DNA from: Chiloscyllium plagiosum
Lineage: Eukaryota
DNA: 64,000 nucleotides
NCBI RefSeq assembly: GCF_004010195.1
Contig: NC_057728.1
Coordinates: 52,786,616 to 52,850,615 of the forward strand
Direction: 5' to 3'
The notes below the pieces were generated by a model. The model made no database searches, was not told where the DNA came from, and saw only the letters and a list, made by a program, of their open reading frames with translations. The position numbers and the translations under genes were made by a program. Positions 37,311 through 49,597 of this stretch are shown in pieces; within the stretch, counting starts at the first letter, position 1; each line of letters starts with the position of its first letter.

Positions 37311-38294
37311 TTTATGCACATTTATGAGACTGTGAACTCATGAAATCTGACAAGATATTCACTCCTACATCAGAGAGGTTGTAATTTTCCATGAACATGA
37401 CTGGTCTCAACTGGGCAGAGACCTGTTCTCACTCGTTCACTGACCAACAGGCATGGAAGCAAGTCCCACATGGAACACAGCTCCTATTCACAGTGTGGGT
37501 GTTGTACAAAAAAAAACCAGTTCATAACGTGGGCTACTCAAAACCAGATTAAACCTAGAATTAGCTTGACATGCCTACGAGCTTTTTCAAGCCTTTATAC
37601 AGAACGTAAATATTGTATCTGAAAACATATTTGGTTCCATAAACATTTTAAAGTTGAAACTCCCAGTTCCATAAATATTTGTCTGAATTTTACCCATACC
37701 TGTGCCTGCCCTTCATCATCGGCAATGCCGGCTAAATTATCTCCAGCTGTGAAAGCACGTCAGCGCAAGGATGAGAATTTGGGATTAATTGTTATTGTTA
37801 TGGCTGAGTTGGCTTAAAAATTAACAAGAGCAAAACAGTTAACGTGCTGGGTCACAGACTGACCTCGTTACCAAAATAAACCTTCACACTTGGTTTAAAC
37901 AAAGTGTCTCTAAAGTCTAACTAGGCTTGTAGGAGCCATTTTAAATTCAAGTAATTGTATGGTTTTGTGCAAAATCATAAATCTTTACAAAACGTTTTGG
38001 TTTGCAATTAAATTTGGTTTAAAAAAATTGCATTTTCATGTAAACATTTCGCTTCCAAGCCATAATATCTAAACCCCTGAAGAAAGGTCAACTCGTCAAT
38101 AGACCTGCAGAGTTTATAGCGGACTAGCAAATGCTCATGGCCTATTCTTAGGGTCTTGTGGTCTGTTTTCAAAAATCCAGGGCCATATTCTTGGCATTCT
38201 TAGTGAATTTTCATAGCCTTACCTGCCCATTAAAAACCCGAGTACGCAATGGGACAGAGGGTTCTGTGTACTATGGTACCCATATGGGCTCAAG

Positions 38295-38475
38295 GTGAGA
38301 GTAGTGCTGGAAAAACACAGCAGGACAGGCTGCTGTGAAGGAATTCCTGATGAAGGGCTTTTGCCCAAAATATCGATTTTCCTGCTCCTCGGATGCTGCC
38401 TGACCTGCTGTGCTTTTCCAGCACTACTCTAATCTTGACTCTAATCTCCAGCATCTGCAGTGCCCACTTTTGCCT
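38295..38475 (+). mobile_element. Fold-back family A Penelope-like element with hammerhead-like core
   Basis: Arms AGAGTAGTGCTGGAAAAACACAGCAGGACAGGC / GCCTGACCTGCTGTGCTTTTCCAGCACTACTCT; CTGATGA-A-GGGC-TTTT-GCCC-AAAA-TATC at 38347-38374. Confidence 0.75.
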
Positions 38476-38649
38476 ATTCATATGGGCTAACATGGGTTTG
38501 AACATTAGCATGCTATGAAAGTCACAAAGAATTATGCCCTTGTCACCCCTATATCACAAGTAAAAAAATTCTTTCACTCTGAGTGTTAGCAGCCAGCTAG
38601 CTAGCAAATCAGACAAAAGAAAAAGGACAACAAAAGGAGTCACTCTCAC

Positions 38650-39003
38650 CACTAGCAATGGCCTAATTATTGCTGTAGACTTAATCCAGAAACCCAGGTA
38701 ATATTCTGGTTACCGGATTCAAATCCCATGATGGCAGATGGTGGAATTTGAATTCAATCAGAATCTGGAATGAAGGGTCTAATGATGACCGTGAAACAAA
38801 TTGTCAATTGTCAGAAAAATCAATCTGGTTCATTAATGCCCTTCAGAGAAGGAAATCTGCCATCCTTACCTATTCTGGCCTACATTTGACTTCAGACCCA
38901 TAGCAATGTGTTGACTCTTAACTGGCCACTGGGCAATTAGGGATGGGCAATATATGTTGGCCTAGTTCATGATATCCATATCTCATGAGTGAATTAAAAA
39001 AAC
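38650..39003 (+). mobile_element. tRNA-headed SINE (family with tail of the 140-1540 LINE)
   Basis: GGATTCAAATCCC B box, core GAAGGAAATCTGCCATCCTTACC, tail GGGCAATTAGGGATGGGCAAT..GAATTAAAAAAA. Confidence 0.85.
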
Positions 39004-40914
39004 ACCCGAAATTGGGGACTGTCATCTGGAATCTGGCTATAACACAGAGGAGAGATATGTCCCCACTCTGCTTTTGTGGCAATTTCTATTGCTATCTTAT
39101 GTAGTCTCTATATAATAACAACCTTAAACAATAAGGTGTTGTTGTTTACCATAGCGGAAAGCTAGTGTTATTTAAATATTTATGGAAACAGATCCATTTT
39201 CAATCTACCAAAGATCTTTCAATTACTTCATGTCATAAAAGTGGGCCTTTACTTCCTCGCAGGGAGAAGCGATAAATCTGGAACAGTGAAAAAGAAATTA
39301 TTCAGACTCATTGAAGTTTCTAGTTTGAGTCTGTTAAAACAATGCCACCCTAAGGCAAAAAAGAACAACTAAACTGCCCTCTGTCATCAAACTCCATTGT
39401 CTTCTGCTTCTAGCAGAGTACCTAAAAATACTCTACCACATGTAACATATGTTGTGAGACATACTCATGTACAAACATAAATATAAACAGACACTCACGT
39501 GGACAAAGACAAAAAGAGCACAGAGAGGCACAGGCAGATGCTCTGCTGCCAGAGATTCAGACATTGCTAAAAGGAGGAAAGAAATTGATATTTTTCAGCT
39601 TGCATTCATCAAAACTAGGATACAGGAAACAGACTTGACAATATTTTATACAGCATGAGAAGGGGGTGCTGCTTAGTTGGGCCATCATAGGTATGGAGTT
39701 GTAGCAAGAACAATTAACTATTAATCTTGATTTTCAGACCAGGCAGGTAGATTCTGATTGAATAGGGTGTTGACAGGGAAATACAGCAGCAATTGACTGG
39801 CTCCTAAACCTTTTTTTCTGAAGAAGTTGCAGTGTATGTACAAACTCCCCTGCTTACATAAAGAAGGGTCCTGTGCATGTACACAGCAGAAGTTACACAT
39901 ATAAATACACAAAGCACTGTTGTACTTAGGTGAAAGGAATTTGTTCATACAAAAGGGGGTCATGGAGGCAGCCAATCTTTGCTTCATCCCTATGGCAATG
40001 ACCTGTTCAAAAAGATTCTATCTGTCTGGTCTGAGAAGTAAGATTGACAGTTAACTGTTGGCCCATCTCCATACCAACAATGGCCCAAATAATCAGTGCT
40101 CTCTTACACCATATAAAGTAGAGTCCTTTTTAGCAAGTCTGTTTTTTGCCTTCTGCTTCTGATGACTGCAAGATGAAAACAATTTCTTGTTTTCTTTTGG
40201 CTACATTTAAGTTCTGTCTTCCCAAGCAATTATTTGTCGTTATACCGGAGATGAGACAGTATCTGGAGAATATGATTAGTGGGCTATTACAACAGAATGA
40301 GTCAGGATTTGCTTATCTCCTTGCAAGAAAAGTTATGGAACACTTCATTGTCTAAGTCCTTACTTGCACCAAGTCCCATTTACCCATTAGCTTGTTGACC
40401 TACATCCAAACTTGATCTGTCAATGCTGATTTTAAAATTCAAATCCTTGTGGTTAATTCCTCTACTGCTTTTCCCCTCACTCTCTGTAATCTCCAGCCAT
40501 TCAACCTTCAACTCGAATTCTTGTGCATGCTTCACTTCCGTTTTATGCACAATTGCTGGCCTTGACTTCAACTGCCTACACTCTGGAAAACTCTCCCAAA
40601 TCCTCAAGGACATTCTTTTAAAATTGTCCCTTTTTGACTTTAGCCTTTTGATCAGACTAAAAGTCTACGGTTTTGGCATGTGGTCAGTTTTTAATGGATT
40701 ATGTCACGGGGAAATCCACTGATTTGTTGTTTTCAGTTTGCAGCTGGACTTGAATGCATCACAGGTTGACTGTCAAGGTGTAAAATTAATTCACATCCAC
40801 TTTCAAAACCTATACTCTTTAGGTCTGGTAATTTATCAAAGCTTGATCTGGCCTTTAAAATTTAGAATTCTTAAATTTTTAAAAAGAATTAAGCATCTTT
40901 TTAATACATGCGTG

Positions 40915-41243
40915 GGGGAAGGGGTGATATAGTACTAATGTCACTGGTAATCCAGAGACCTAATCTAATGTTCTGGATTTAAATGTCTCCATGGCAGATG
41001 ATGAGATTTGAAAAGCTATCCTAATGCCTACTATGTAAGGACCATCAACTCTCTTTAGAACCCATCTGGATCATTAATGTCCTTTAGGGAAGAAATCTGC
41101 TGGCCTTATCTGATTTGGCCTACAAGTGACTCCAGACCCACAGTAATGTGGTTTACTCTTAACTGCCTTCTGGCCAATTAGGAATGGACACTAAATGCTC
41201 TTCTAGCTAGTGATGCCCACATTCCATGAACAAATGGAAAAAC
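40915..41243 (+). mobile_element. tRNA-headed SINE, same family
   Basis: AATGTCCTTTAGGGAAGAAATCTGC..GACTCCAGACCCACAG..GATGCCCACATTCCATGAA. Confidence 0.8.
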
Positions 41244-42799
41244 AATTGAAATTGTTTTCTGTCAGATTTTGCAGTCATCTTTGGACAAAAATTAACGTGA
41301 CACAACTTGCTGTCAAAGACTTTCCATGGGCTATCACCCTTGGGATTTGTGGCTATGAGAAAGCAACTTTGGCATAATAACCTCTCTGGGAAATCTGCGA
41401 CCTGTCACATTGAAGAACCCTTACTTAGCTAAGCAAAGACTTAAACAGAGAGTGTTAGCTATATTTTGATTTCAATGTCGAATCAGGAACAGAAAACAAA
41501 ATAAAGAGCAGGAAAGAAGATGGAATTAAAGGGGAAAAGTAAATGAAACAGAAATAAAAAGTTAAAAAAATTGTACTTCCTCTCTTTTAAATTGCCAACA
41601 ATAATTAAATTCTCAACACTAGACTCCACGCTAGTAAAATTTAGTGTCAGAAAGGATGCTTGAAAGTAATTAAGCCGTTTCACTTCATTACAACTTTGCT
41701 TACACTGGAATAACACTGCCGTTCTGTCATTTTTATGGATTTGTACTACAATTTCACACTGTTACATGTATTTGAATGCTCTGTCACTCAGTGAGATACT
41801 GGTATTGTCAATCTTTTAGGTTAACAGGGCAAATTTGACAACACTGACAGATTTCTACACTTAACTGCACAAGTGCGGTCCCTGAAAGTTTCTATTAAAG
41901 TTAATATTCAATGATGGGAGAGTGTTGGTACCCCTAATGTTGTTTTCAGTATAAAATGTAGGCCATTATTAAAGTACAAATATGTTGAAAAGCATCACTA
42001 CATAATTTGCAAACATAGAGAAATATATGACTATATCATTAAAGTCATTGAAATACATTCTCGTTAGACACATACAGCAACATCATTATATCATTATATC
42101 ATTACTTTGAAAGGTATCATATTATTATATACAAAGAAGCCATCATAATTCATCATCACTGCATTTGAGAGACACAAATATAGAAATAAATCAATACACC
42201 ATTTGCAACTAATGACAGTTGACAAACAGAAAAATAGGAGCTACAACAAAATGTCTTATAATTTGCATTTATAAAGAAAATTCATCCCTCAAATCTTTAC
42301 CCCACTTACCCTGACTGATGGAAGTATCTAACATATTTGGACTTAACCTGAATCTTTTAGAATGTTAGAAGCAGCTTTAGTTAATTAACTTGGTTTCAAA
42401 TCTTTTTTATAGAACTTAAATTGATTAGGAGTTGTGCTCACCTAAGGAAGAATACAGGGCTCTGGATGGAATACAATGCAGAATTATACTTGGACTGAAA
42501 AGAGAACAGGTCTCATAGACTAGACTTACATTTGTTTGATCAAGGGAGATTAAGGGATGAAAGATGTTTCTTATGATTAAAAGGATTCAACAGATCTCGA
42601 ACTCTCTTCTCCAAACAGTTGTTAACTCTAGGGACAACTGAAATTTTCCAAACTGTGTTTAATAGATTTTTGTTTATCGAGTGTGTGAAGGGATATAAAA
42701 TCGATGGGTTTAACATACAGATCAATTCCTATCTAAGAATGGTGGGACAGGCTTGGGGGTGCTAAATAGCCTCCTTGGCAAGTAACTTTCACAGTAACC

Positions 42800-43170
42800 T
42801 TTACAAAGGTTTGCTGCATTAATATAACACCTTCTGTGATCACAGGACATCCTCCATTGCTTTATAGTCAATGAAGTACTTTTTCAAAAGCAGCCATGAT
42901 TGTAGTGGAGGAAATGCAGATGTCCACAGTACTGTGATAATGATTGGGGTAATTTGGATTTGTGGTGGAGGATTAAATATTGGCCAGTACTCCTGGGATA
43001 ACTCCATTCTTCTTCCTCAAAGAAATGTGAGGCATGTCTTTTATGTCCACCCAAAAGTGTGGATATGGGCTTGGATTAATGCCTCCAACAATGCAGCACA
43101 TTATTGGTATTGCATTGGAGGGTTAGCCTTCATTTTAACATTGAAGTTCTGGAGTTGACTTGAATTCAAA
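42800..43170 (-). mobile_element. Old Deu-like SINE
   Basis: CTGCATTAATATAACACCTT..TGCTTTATAGTCAATGAAGTACTTTT is the reverse complement of the Deu-like tail. Confidence 0.55.
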
Positions 43171-44395
43171 TCATAATGAATCAGAGAAGAAAGCACCACC
43201 AACTGAGACATAGCTGCTGAAACATATATAGAAGGAAAGCTCACTACTGTCAGCTACAAATATCATCCAGATCTTAATCAAGTGTGGGGCCTGTCCATTC
43301 AGAACAAAGTACTGGGATGGACATAAGTAACAGGCCTTGGCTTCCTTGTTCTTATTCCAGTTTGGCTTGTCTGATGGTTTTCCTGTGATAGAGAAGCAGA
43401 TAAATTTCTGTAGGAGAGAGACCCAATGATGTAGGAGAGTGGGGAATGTTGTGGAAGATAATGGTCCTTCAAGAGTTAATGTTGAAGTTATATTAGCTCC
43501 ATCCAACCTGATGATGTTACGCAATCTTTAGGTGAAGAAACAGTTAGTCTTGCACAAGGTCCCAATAGAGACATATGTGACATATCTGGTCACTGATAGT
43601 CATGCCCAACTAGTTAATGTTAATTATACTTGTTACTCTCATGCAATAAACTATACATTGTTATTTAAGATAAGTGGCCTTTCTCTGTAGTGATTTGTCC
43701 TCCACTTCTGATAATTAGACACACCTTTGATTTAATAAAGAACAGATTGGTGGCAAAAAGATACCCCAGACACAAGCCAACAATAGGGGGTAACCAGAAA
43801 GTATGTCATGCTGACAGCAACAGTATCCAAGAATATGACATGGTAAGCAGCGATGTGGATTCAAGTTCTATTTGACCCTGAAGTAAAGAAGTTTTGAAGA
43901 ACATTTTAAGAATATTGTCATTTGAAGGAATCACAGACTGTCAGTCAGCAGCTGAGATGTGAAAACTGACAGTTGGCAGCATGTGCGGGAGATGCAGCAG
44001 AACAAAATCAGTACTCCAGAACAGGATCTTTATCTCCAAGAGACACAGGGAAATCAAAAAGAGCCATGCTGAGAAAAAACAGAGAGCTTAGTAGAGAAGA
44101 CTCTGCAGGAAGTGATTAATGGCCCCAGAGTAAAGTTAGAATCTGAAATTTGAACTTAAACATCTGAAGCCACTTTAAAGAAAATAATTTAAAACAGATT
44201 GAATACAAAGATACAAGCCTGAAGATAGTAAATTGTAAACAGCATTGAGATGCTACAGATTTAAAATAGATTTAAAGGAATAAGAGTAAATAAACAATGA
44301 ATTTTTTGCAATTATTAGCGATTCTTCTCAATGTGAGGGATTGCCAAATGGAACAGAAGATTGGATTTTTTGATTAAGACAATTCTTAAGATAAA

Positions 44396-44546
44396 ATCAC
44401 AGAATCCCTATGGTGGAAGCTGGCCATTTGGCCCATCAAATCCACACTAACTCTCTGAAAAGCATCCCACCCAATTCCCCCTGCTATCCGATCCCTGTGA
44501 CCCTGCATTTCCAATAGCTAATCCATCTATCCTGTACATCCTTGGA
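44396..44546 (-). mobile_element. HE1 SINE 3' fragment
   Basis: ATCACAGAATCCCTA..GGCCATTTGGCCCATC. Confidence 0.75.
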
Positions 44547-44583
44547 TGCAGAATTGCTTCAAAATATATCTGAAGCTAATGCA

Positions 44584-44727
44584 TTCTGAAGAAAGGTTAC
44601 AAAAAAGCCATACTGGACTCGTAATGTTAACTCTGTTCCTCTTTCCATAGATGCCATCAGAGCAACTGCGTTTCTCTAGCAGTTTCTGTTTTTATTTCAG
44701 ATCTCCAGAATTCATGGGACTTTTCTT
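44584..44727 (+). mobile_element. Family B Penelope-like half element
   Basis: TTCTGAAGAAAGG..TGGACTCGTAATGTTAACTCTG..ATAGATGCCATCAGA. Confidence 0.6.
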
Positions 44728-44749
44728 ATAATTAAGTTAATACATTATT

Positions 44750-45950
44750 ATATCAGGACCTTGATCAATTGGGGAAATGGGCCAAGAAATGGAGTTTAAA
44801 CTCTAAACTCCAAGAAATGGAGTTTAACACAGATAAGCGTGGGGTCTTGCATTTTATTATTAGATTAGATTCCCTCCACTATGGAAACAGGCCCTTTGGC
44901 CCAACAAGTCCACACTGACCCTCTGAAGAGTAACACACCTAGACCCATTCCCTTACCCTATATTTACCCCGGACTAATGTACTTAACACTATGGGCAATT
45001 TAGCATGGCCAATTCACCTGACCTGACATCTTCGGACTGTGGGAGGAAACCGGAGCACCCAGAGGAAACCCATGCAGACATGGGGAGAATGTGCAAACTC
45101 CACACTGACAGTCACCTAAGGCAGGAATCAAACATGAGCCCCTGGCGCTGTGAGGCAGCAGTGCTAATCACTGAGCCACCGTGCCACCCTTATTTTGGAA
45201 AATCAAGGTAGGAGTTTCATGATGAATGATAGGGCCTTCAGGAGTGTAGTGGAACAGAGCGACCTAAGATTTCAGTTCTCTGAAAGTGGAGTCACAGGTA
45301 GACGGGGCAGTGAAGAAGACTTTTGGCACATGGGTCTTGATCAGTCATGGCATTGAGTATAGAAGTTGGGAAGTTATGTTGCAATTGTATGGTTGATGGG
45401 GCTGCACTTGGAGTATTGTATTCAGTTTTGGTCACCTTGCTATAGGAAGGATCTTACTAAACTGGAAAGAGTGTAGAAGAAATTTATAAGAATGTTGCCA
45501 GGACTCAAGGGACTGAGCTATGGGGAGGGGTTGGACAAGCTAGGACCTTTTTCTTTATAGCATAGGAGACTGAAGGGGGGACCTTATAGTAGTGTATGAA
45601 ATCATGACAGGCATTGATAGGAAGAAAGCACAGTCTTTTTCCCAGGATTGGGGAATTGAGGACAAGAGAACATCAGTTTAAGGTAAGAGGGGAAAGAATA
45701 AATGGGAACCTGAGAGGCCACTTTTTTACACAGAGAGTGGAATGCATATGGAATGAGCTGCCAGTGGAAGTGTTTGAGGTGGATACATTAACAACATTTA
45801 AAAGGCATTTGGACAAATAGATGGATAGGAGATGTTTAGAAGAATATGGGCCAAGTGCAGGGAAATGGGGTTAGTATGGATAGACATTTTGATCAGCATG
45901 GATCTGTTTGGGCCGAAGGGTCTGTCTTTGTGCTGTAGGATTCTATGACC
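44750..45950 (+). mobile_element. CR1 LINE fragment interrupted by an HE1 SINE
   Basis: CACTTGGAGTATTGTATTCAGTTTTGGTC (LEYCIQFWS); HFFTQRVECIWNELP; GGATTCTATGA tail. Confidence 0.9.
44860..45189 (-). mobile_element. HE1 / V-type SINE, full length
   Basis: TTAGATTAGATTCCC tail; GGGAGGAAACCGGAGCACCC; CACTGAGCCACCGTGCCACCC head. Confidence 0.92.
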
Positions 45951-46983
45951 CGATTGTATTCAGCGAGTTCTATAGCCGGTGAAGCAATAAATCACCAAAA
46001 TATCAAAGACAATACAGAGAGATTTGATAAAGTTTTAAAAACCTTTGAAAATTTAATCTGACAGCAAATAAAACTCTTGATTGAACAAGATTTAAGAGAA
46101 GAGTTCAGTTTCCAGGGGAATTTAATTTAATTGATAAGCTTTACACATTAGCTCAAAATGGACCATGGAAGTATGAAATCAGATATTACAAGAGACAGAA
46201 TTTTTGTTGGAATTATTAATGAATATTTGTCAGATTTATTATAGCCCAAGAAAGATTTAACTTTAGAGAAAACTATTAAAATTATTCTGGAAGCAGAAAC
46301 CAGGAAGACTCTCAGATCCTGAGAGGAGAAAAACAATCCTACCTCAGGATAGCAACAGGGCCTATTCACTTTATATGATATGGACCGTCTAAAGGGATAT
46401 GTGACAAGCCAACATATCATCTAAGATTCAGTATCAGCGCAGTAGAATAGTAAAGCTACACAGATACAGGCAATGGTTGGCTATAACACAAGAATGCCAT
46501 GACCCGTAAGACTATACGTCACTTCAAAATGATAGGTGGAAGGAAGACACAGTTTCAGAAAAGCCAAATGCTTACTTCTTCAAAGAAATTTTTATGGTTT
46601 GAACCCCTTCTTTCAAAATGATACCTGCAGAAGACAATATGCCTCCACAAGAAAACGTGACAAAGATTTTCTTAGGATAAGTTATGGTTTTAAATGAAAG
46701 GAGTTATATAACCAACTTGACTCTCAAATAACCTATTTAATGCACATCTTGTGAAGTTTAAGCCTGATGCAGGAGTAAGTGTTACTATTCTATCAGATCA
46801 AATACCTTGGCTGAAGAAACAGAGGTTACAGCCTACGAAGATGAGACTACATAATCCAGGTGGAACTGCTCCTAAGATTAAAGGTATGCTGTAAATAACT
46901 CTGCAACCGCAGACAGCACTCGAGAGTTGAAAATGTACGAGCAGTTCGCAATTAACACATTTCACTTTTAACAAAAAAAACCC

Positions 46984-47108
46984 AAAAGAACTGCAAGTGC
47001 TGGAAATCAGAAACAAAAGCAAAAACAGAAATTACTGGAAAACCTCAGCTAGTTTGGCAGCATCTGTGGAGATAAATCATTTTGAATCCAGTGACCCTTC
47101 TTCAGAAC
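46984..47108 (-). mobile_element. Family B Penelope-like half element
   Basis: Minus strand GTT-CTGAAGA-A-GGGTC-ACTG-GATTC-AAAA then CTCCACAGATGCTGCC. Confidence 0.65.
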
Positions 47109-47523
47109 ACACATTTCATTTTGAGCCTACACTCATACATTGGCCTCAACATCCTTGTGGTAGGAGAAGGAATATAACATGTTTCAAGAGAACAACTAGA
47201 TCAGAAACACACTATTGTCAACCAACTGGTGAAGGATCAACTGGTGTAAGAGTTCACTGGTTTGCCTAGACTCATGGTGGAACACAAACCAAGAGAATGA
47301 AATTATGGAGCTTAAAAGAACCGTCCCTTACTGTCAACAGAAACAAAGCTACAAGCCTTACAGGCATAGTCAAAGTGTTTTCCATTCCTATCTTCAATGA
47401 AGAACATATCTCAAAGCAGAATCAACAATGCCAGTGATACAGATGGTAATGAGTGAACAGCAATCCTTCGGTAACTCAACTAAGGTTGTGGAAAATGGGT
47501 AAGTTCATAAGGAAGACTACCTC

Positions 47524-48217
47524 TTGGAGTGCAGGTTCATAGCTCCTTCAAAGTAGAGTCGCAGGTAGATAGGATAGTAAAGAAGGGGTTTGGTATGCTT
47601 TCCTTTATTGGTCAGAGTATTGAGTACAGGAGTTGGGAGGTCATGTTGCGGCTGTACAAGACATTGGTTAGGCCATTTTTGGGATATTGCGTGTAAATCT
47701 GGTCTCCTTCCTATCGGAAGGATATTATGAAACTTGAAAGGGTTCAGAAAAGATTTACATGAATGTTGCCAGGGTTAAGGGGGATTTGAGCTATAGGGTG
47801 AGGTTGAATAGGCTGGGGCTGTTTACCCTGGAGCATCGGAGGCTGAGGGGTGACCTTATAGAGGTTTTTGAAAATCATGAGGGCATGGATAGGATAAATA
47901 GATAAAGTTTCTTCCCTGGGATGAGGGAGTCCAGAACTAGACGGTATAGGTTTAGGGTGAGAGGGGAAAGATATAAAAGAGACCTGAGGGGCAATTTTTT
48001 CATACGGAGGGTGGTATGTGTAGGGAATGAGCTGCCAGAGGAAGTGGTGGAGGCTGGTACAATTGCAACATTTGGATGTGTATATGAATAGGAAGGGTTT
48101 GGAGGGATATGGGCCGGGTGCTGGCAAGAGGGACTGGATTGGTTTGGGATATCTGGTCGGCATGGATGGGTTGGACTGAAGGGTCTGTTTATGTGCTGTT
48201 CATCTCTGTGACTCTAT
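47524..48217 (+). mobile_element. CR1 3' fragment (same subfamily as 3212-4060)
   Basis: GGAGTGCAGGTTCATAGCTCC..GGAGCATCGGAGGCTGAGGGGTGACCTTATAGAGG..CTCTGTGACTCTATG. Confidence 0.93.
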
Positions 48218-49224
48218 GTCCAATTTATTCAAAATGTTATAGTGCTTCAACCATGACATATCTGCAAATTGCGAAAAAGATTTGCTTGGACAAAGTAGAG
48301 CTACTTTTACGTCATGGAAACCAGACCACAATCCAGCAAGTTTCACAGGCAGAAAAATATGAAATTGCTTGGTTTCAACATAGACTGAAAGAAAAGAAAT
48401 TACTTGTTCAAATCATAAGGCATTTGTCTAGTTCAGAAGTCCAGGAGACCACAAGGAAGAAAGTGCTTGCTTATTCAGAGCAAACATCTTCCATGATGGA
48501 AATTCATGAGATTAAGAAGTCCCCCACATGATGGTCTGGAGCAAATACTGAGTTAGCAGGGAAGAGTTCACTGTGAAAGAAATTCAGGAGATTAAGTTCG
48601 TCCAGATAAGATAGTGGACCAACTACCAGGTACATTTTCGTGAAGGTCAAACAAGTGATAAAAGGTCCTCCCACAGAGAAATTATTCACAGAGAATCAGA
48701 ATGAAGGTCAACAGTCCTCAAACCAAAGGCTCACTAAGTTTCCAAGCCTGAAAACAACACATTCTGGAAGAAATTTTTAAAAACCTTCAAAATCATCTGT
48801 ATTTGTAAAGTCAGAGACTTTGGGGGAGATGTGTATTGGTAAATGTAACAGTTTCTGTTCTGTGAGATTCTGTTAACTGTTTATTGTTTCTGTTGCCATG
48901 CCTCACTGGAGACTGTTTAACCCATTAACTTTTGTTGTTTTGAAAGCAGAAAGGCAATTGGTGGCAGCAAACCATCCAAACTGTCAGCCATCATTATTGA
49001 TAATCGGGAAATATGACATACACTGCCTGCCGGCTATTGTCAAAAGGATACAGGCAAAAGGATTTTAAGTGAACTGCAAAGAACAGAATTACAAATCAAC
49101 TGTTCAACTAATATCTGCTTCTCATGAACCACTCAAAAAAAAATCCATATTCCTTTCGACTTTTGTCTTCTTTTGGACTCACTCTCATTTCCAATCTGTG
49201 TGCATGTGTGCTCCAAAGATGAAT

Positions 49225-49352
49225 CATACTGGATTCAAAATGTTAACTCGGTTCCTCTCTCCACAGATACTGTCCAGACCAGCTGAATTTCTCCAGCAAT
49301 TTTGCTTTTATTTTTAAAGACTTCCAGCATGTCCAGTACTTTGCTTTTATTT
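49225..49352 (+). mobile_element. Family B Penelope-like half element
   Basis: CTGGATTCAAAATGTTAACTC..CTCTCCACAGATACTGTCCAGACC. Confidence 0.65.
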
Positions 49353-49546
49353 GTGCACGTGTGTTGACATTATTTCTTCACACATCCGGTAACTAATAAA
49401 CTCACTCTGTTACCTGGTGAAATTAGATTCATTTAAAAAATGAACTATTTTGATCCGGGAGAAAGCTATTCACAAGGGAAGAGATCCTTTGTAAAATAAT
49501 CCTGATTCGCAACCGATTGAGAAGGTGGGTGAAGAAAGAAGGAGAG

Positions 49547-49597
49547 CTGGTTAACATTACTCACTGGTTAACACTACTCACTGGTTAACACTACTCA
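49547..49597. repeat. Tandem repeat, 17 bp x3
   Basis: CTGGTTAACA(T/C)TACTCA three times, one substitution. Confidence 0.95.

Larger units (their letters stand above)
43570..48900 (+). mobile_element. Decayed, internally deleted Gypsy LTR retrotransposon C (gag, protease, PPT)
   Basis: ACA|TGGTAAGCAG PBS-like at 43841; gag SDITRDRIFVGIINEYLSDLL*PKKDLTLEKTIKI (from 46164); protease-like VKFKPDAGVSVTIL (46751-46792); GGGGGAGA|TGT at 48822-48832. Confidence 0.75.

Noticed and set aside
44782..44828. Short duplication CCAAGAAATGGAGTTTAA with inverted filler; similar at 23135-23163 and 11869-11893
   Set aside because: Ordinary slippage or repair scars within dead repeats
48109..48531. 140-aa ORF
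   Set aside because: Chance fusion of a CR1 3' UTR with Gypsy C remnant sequence
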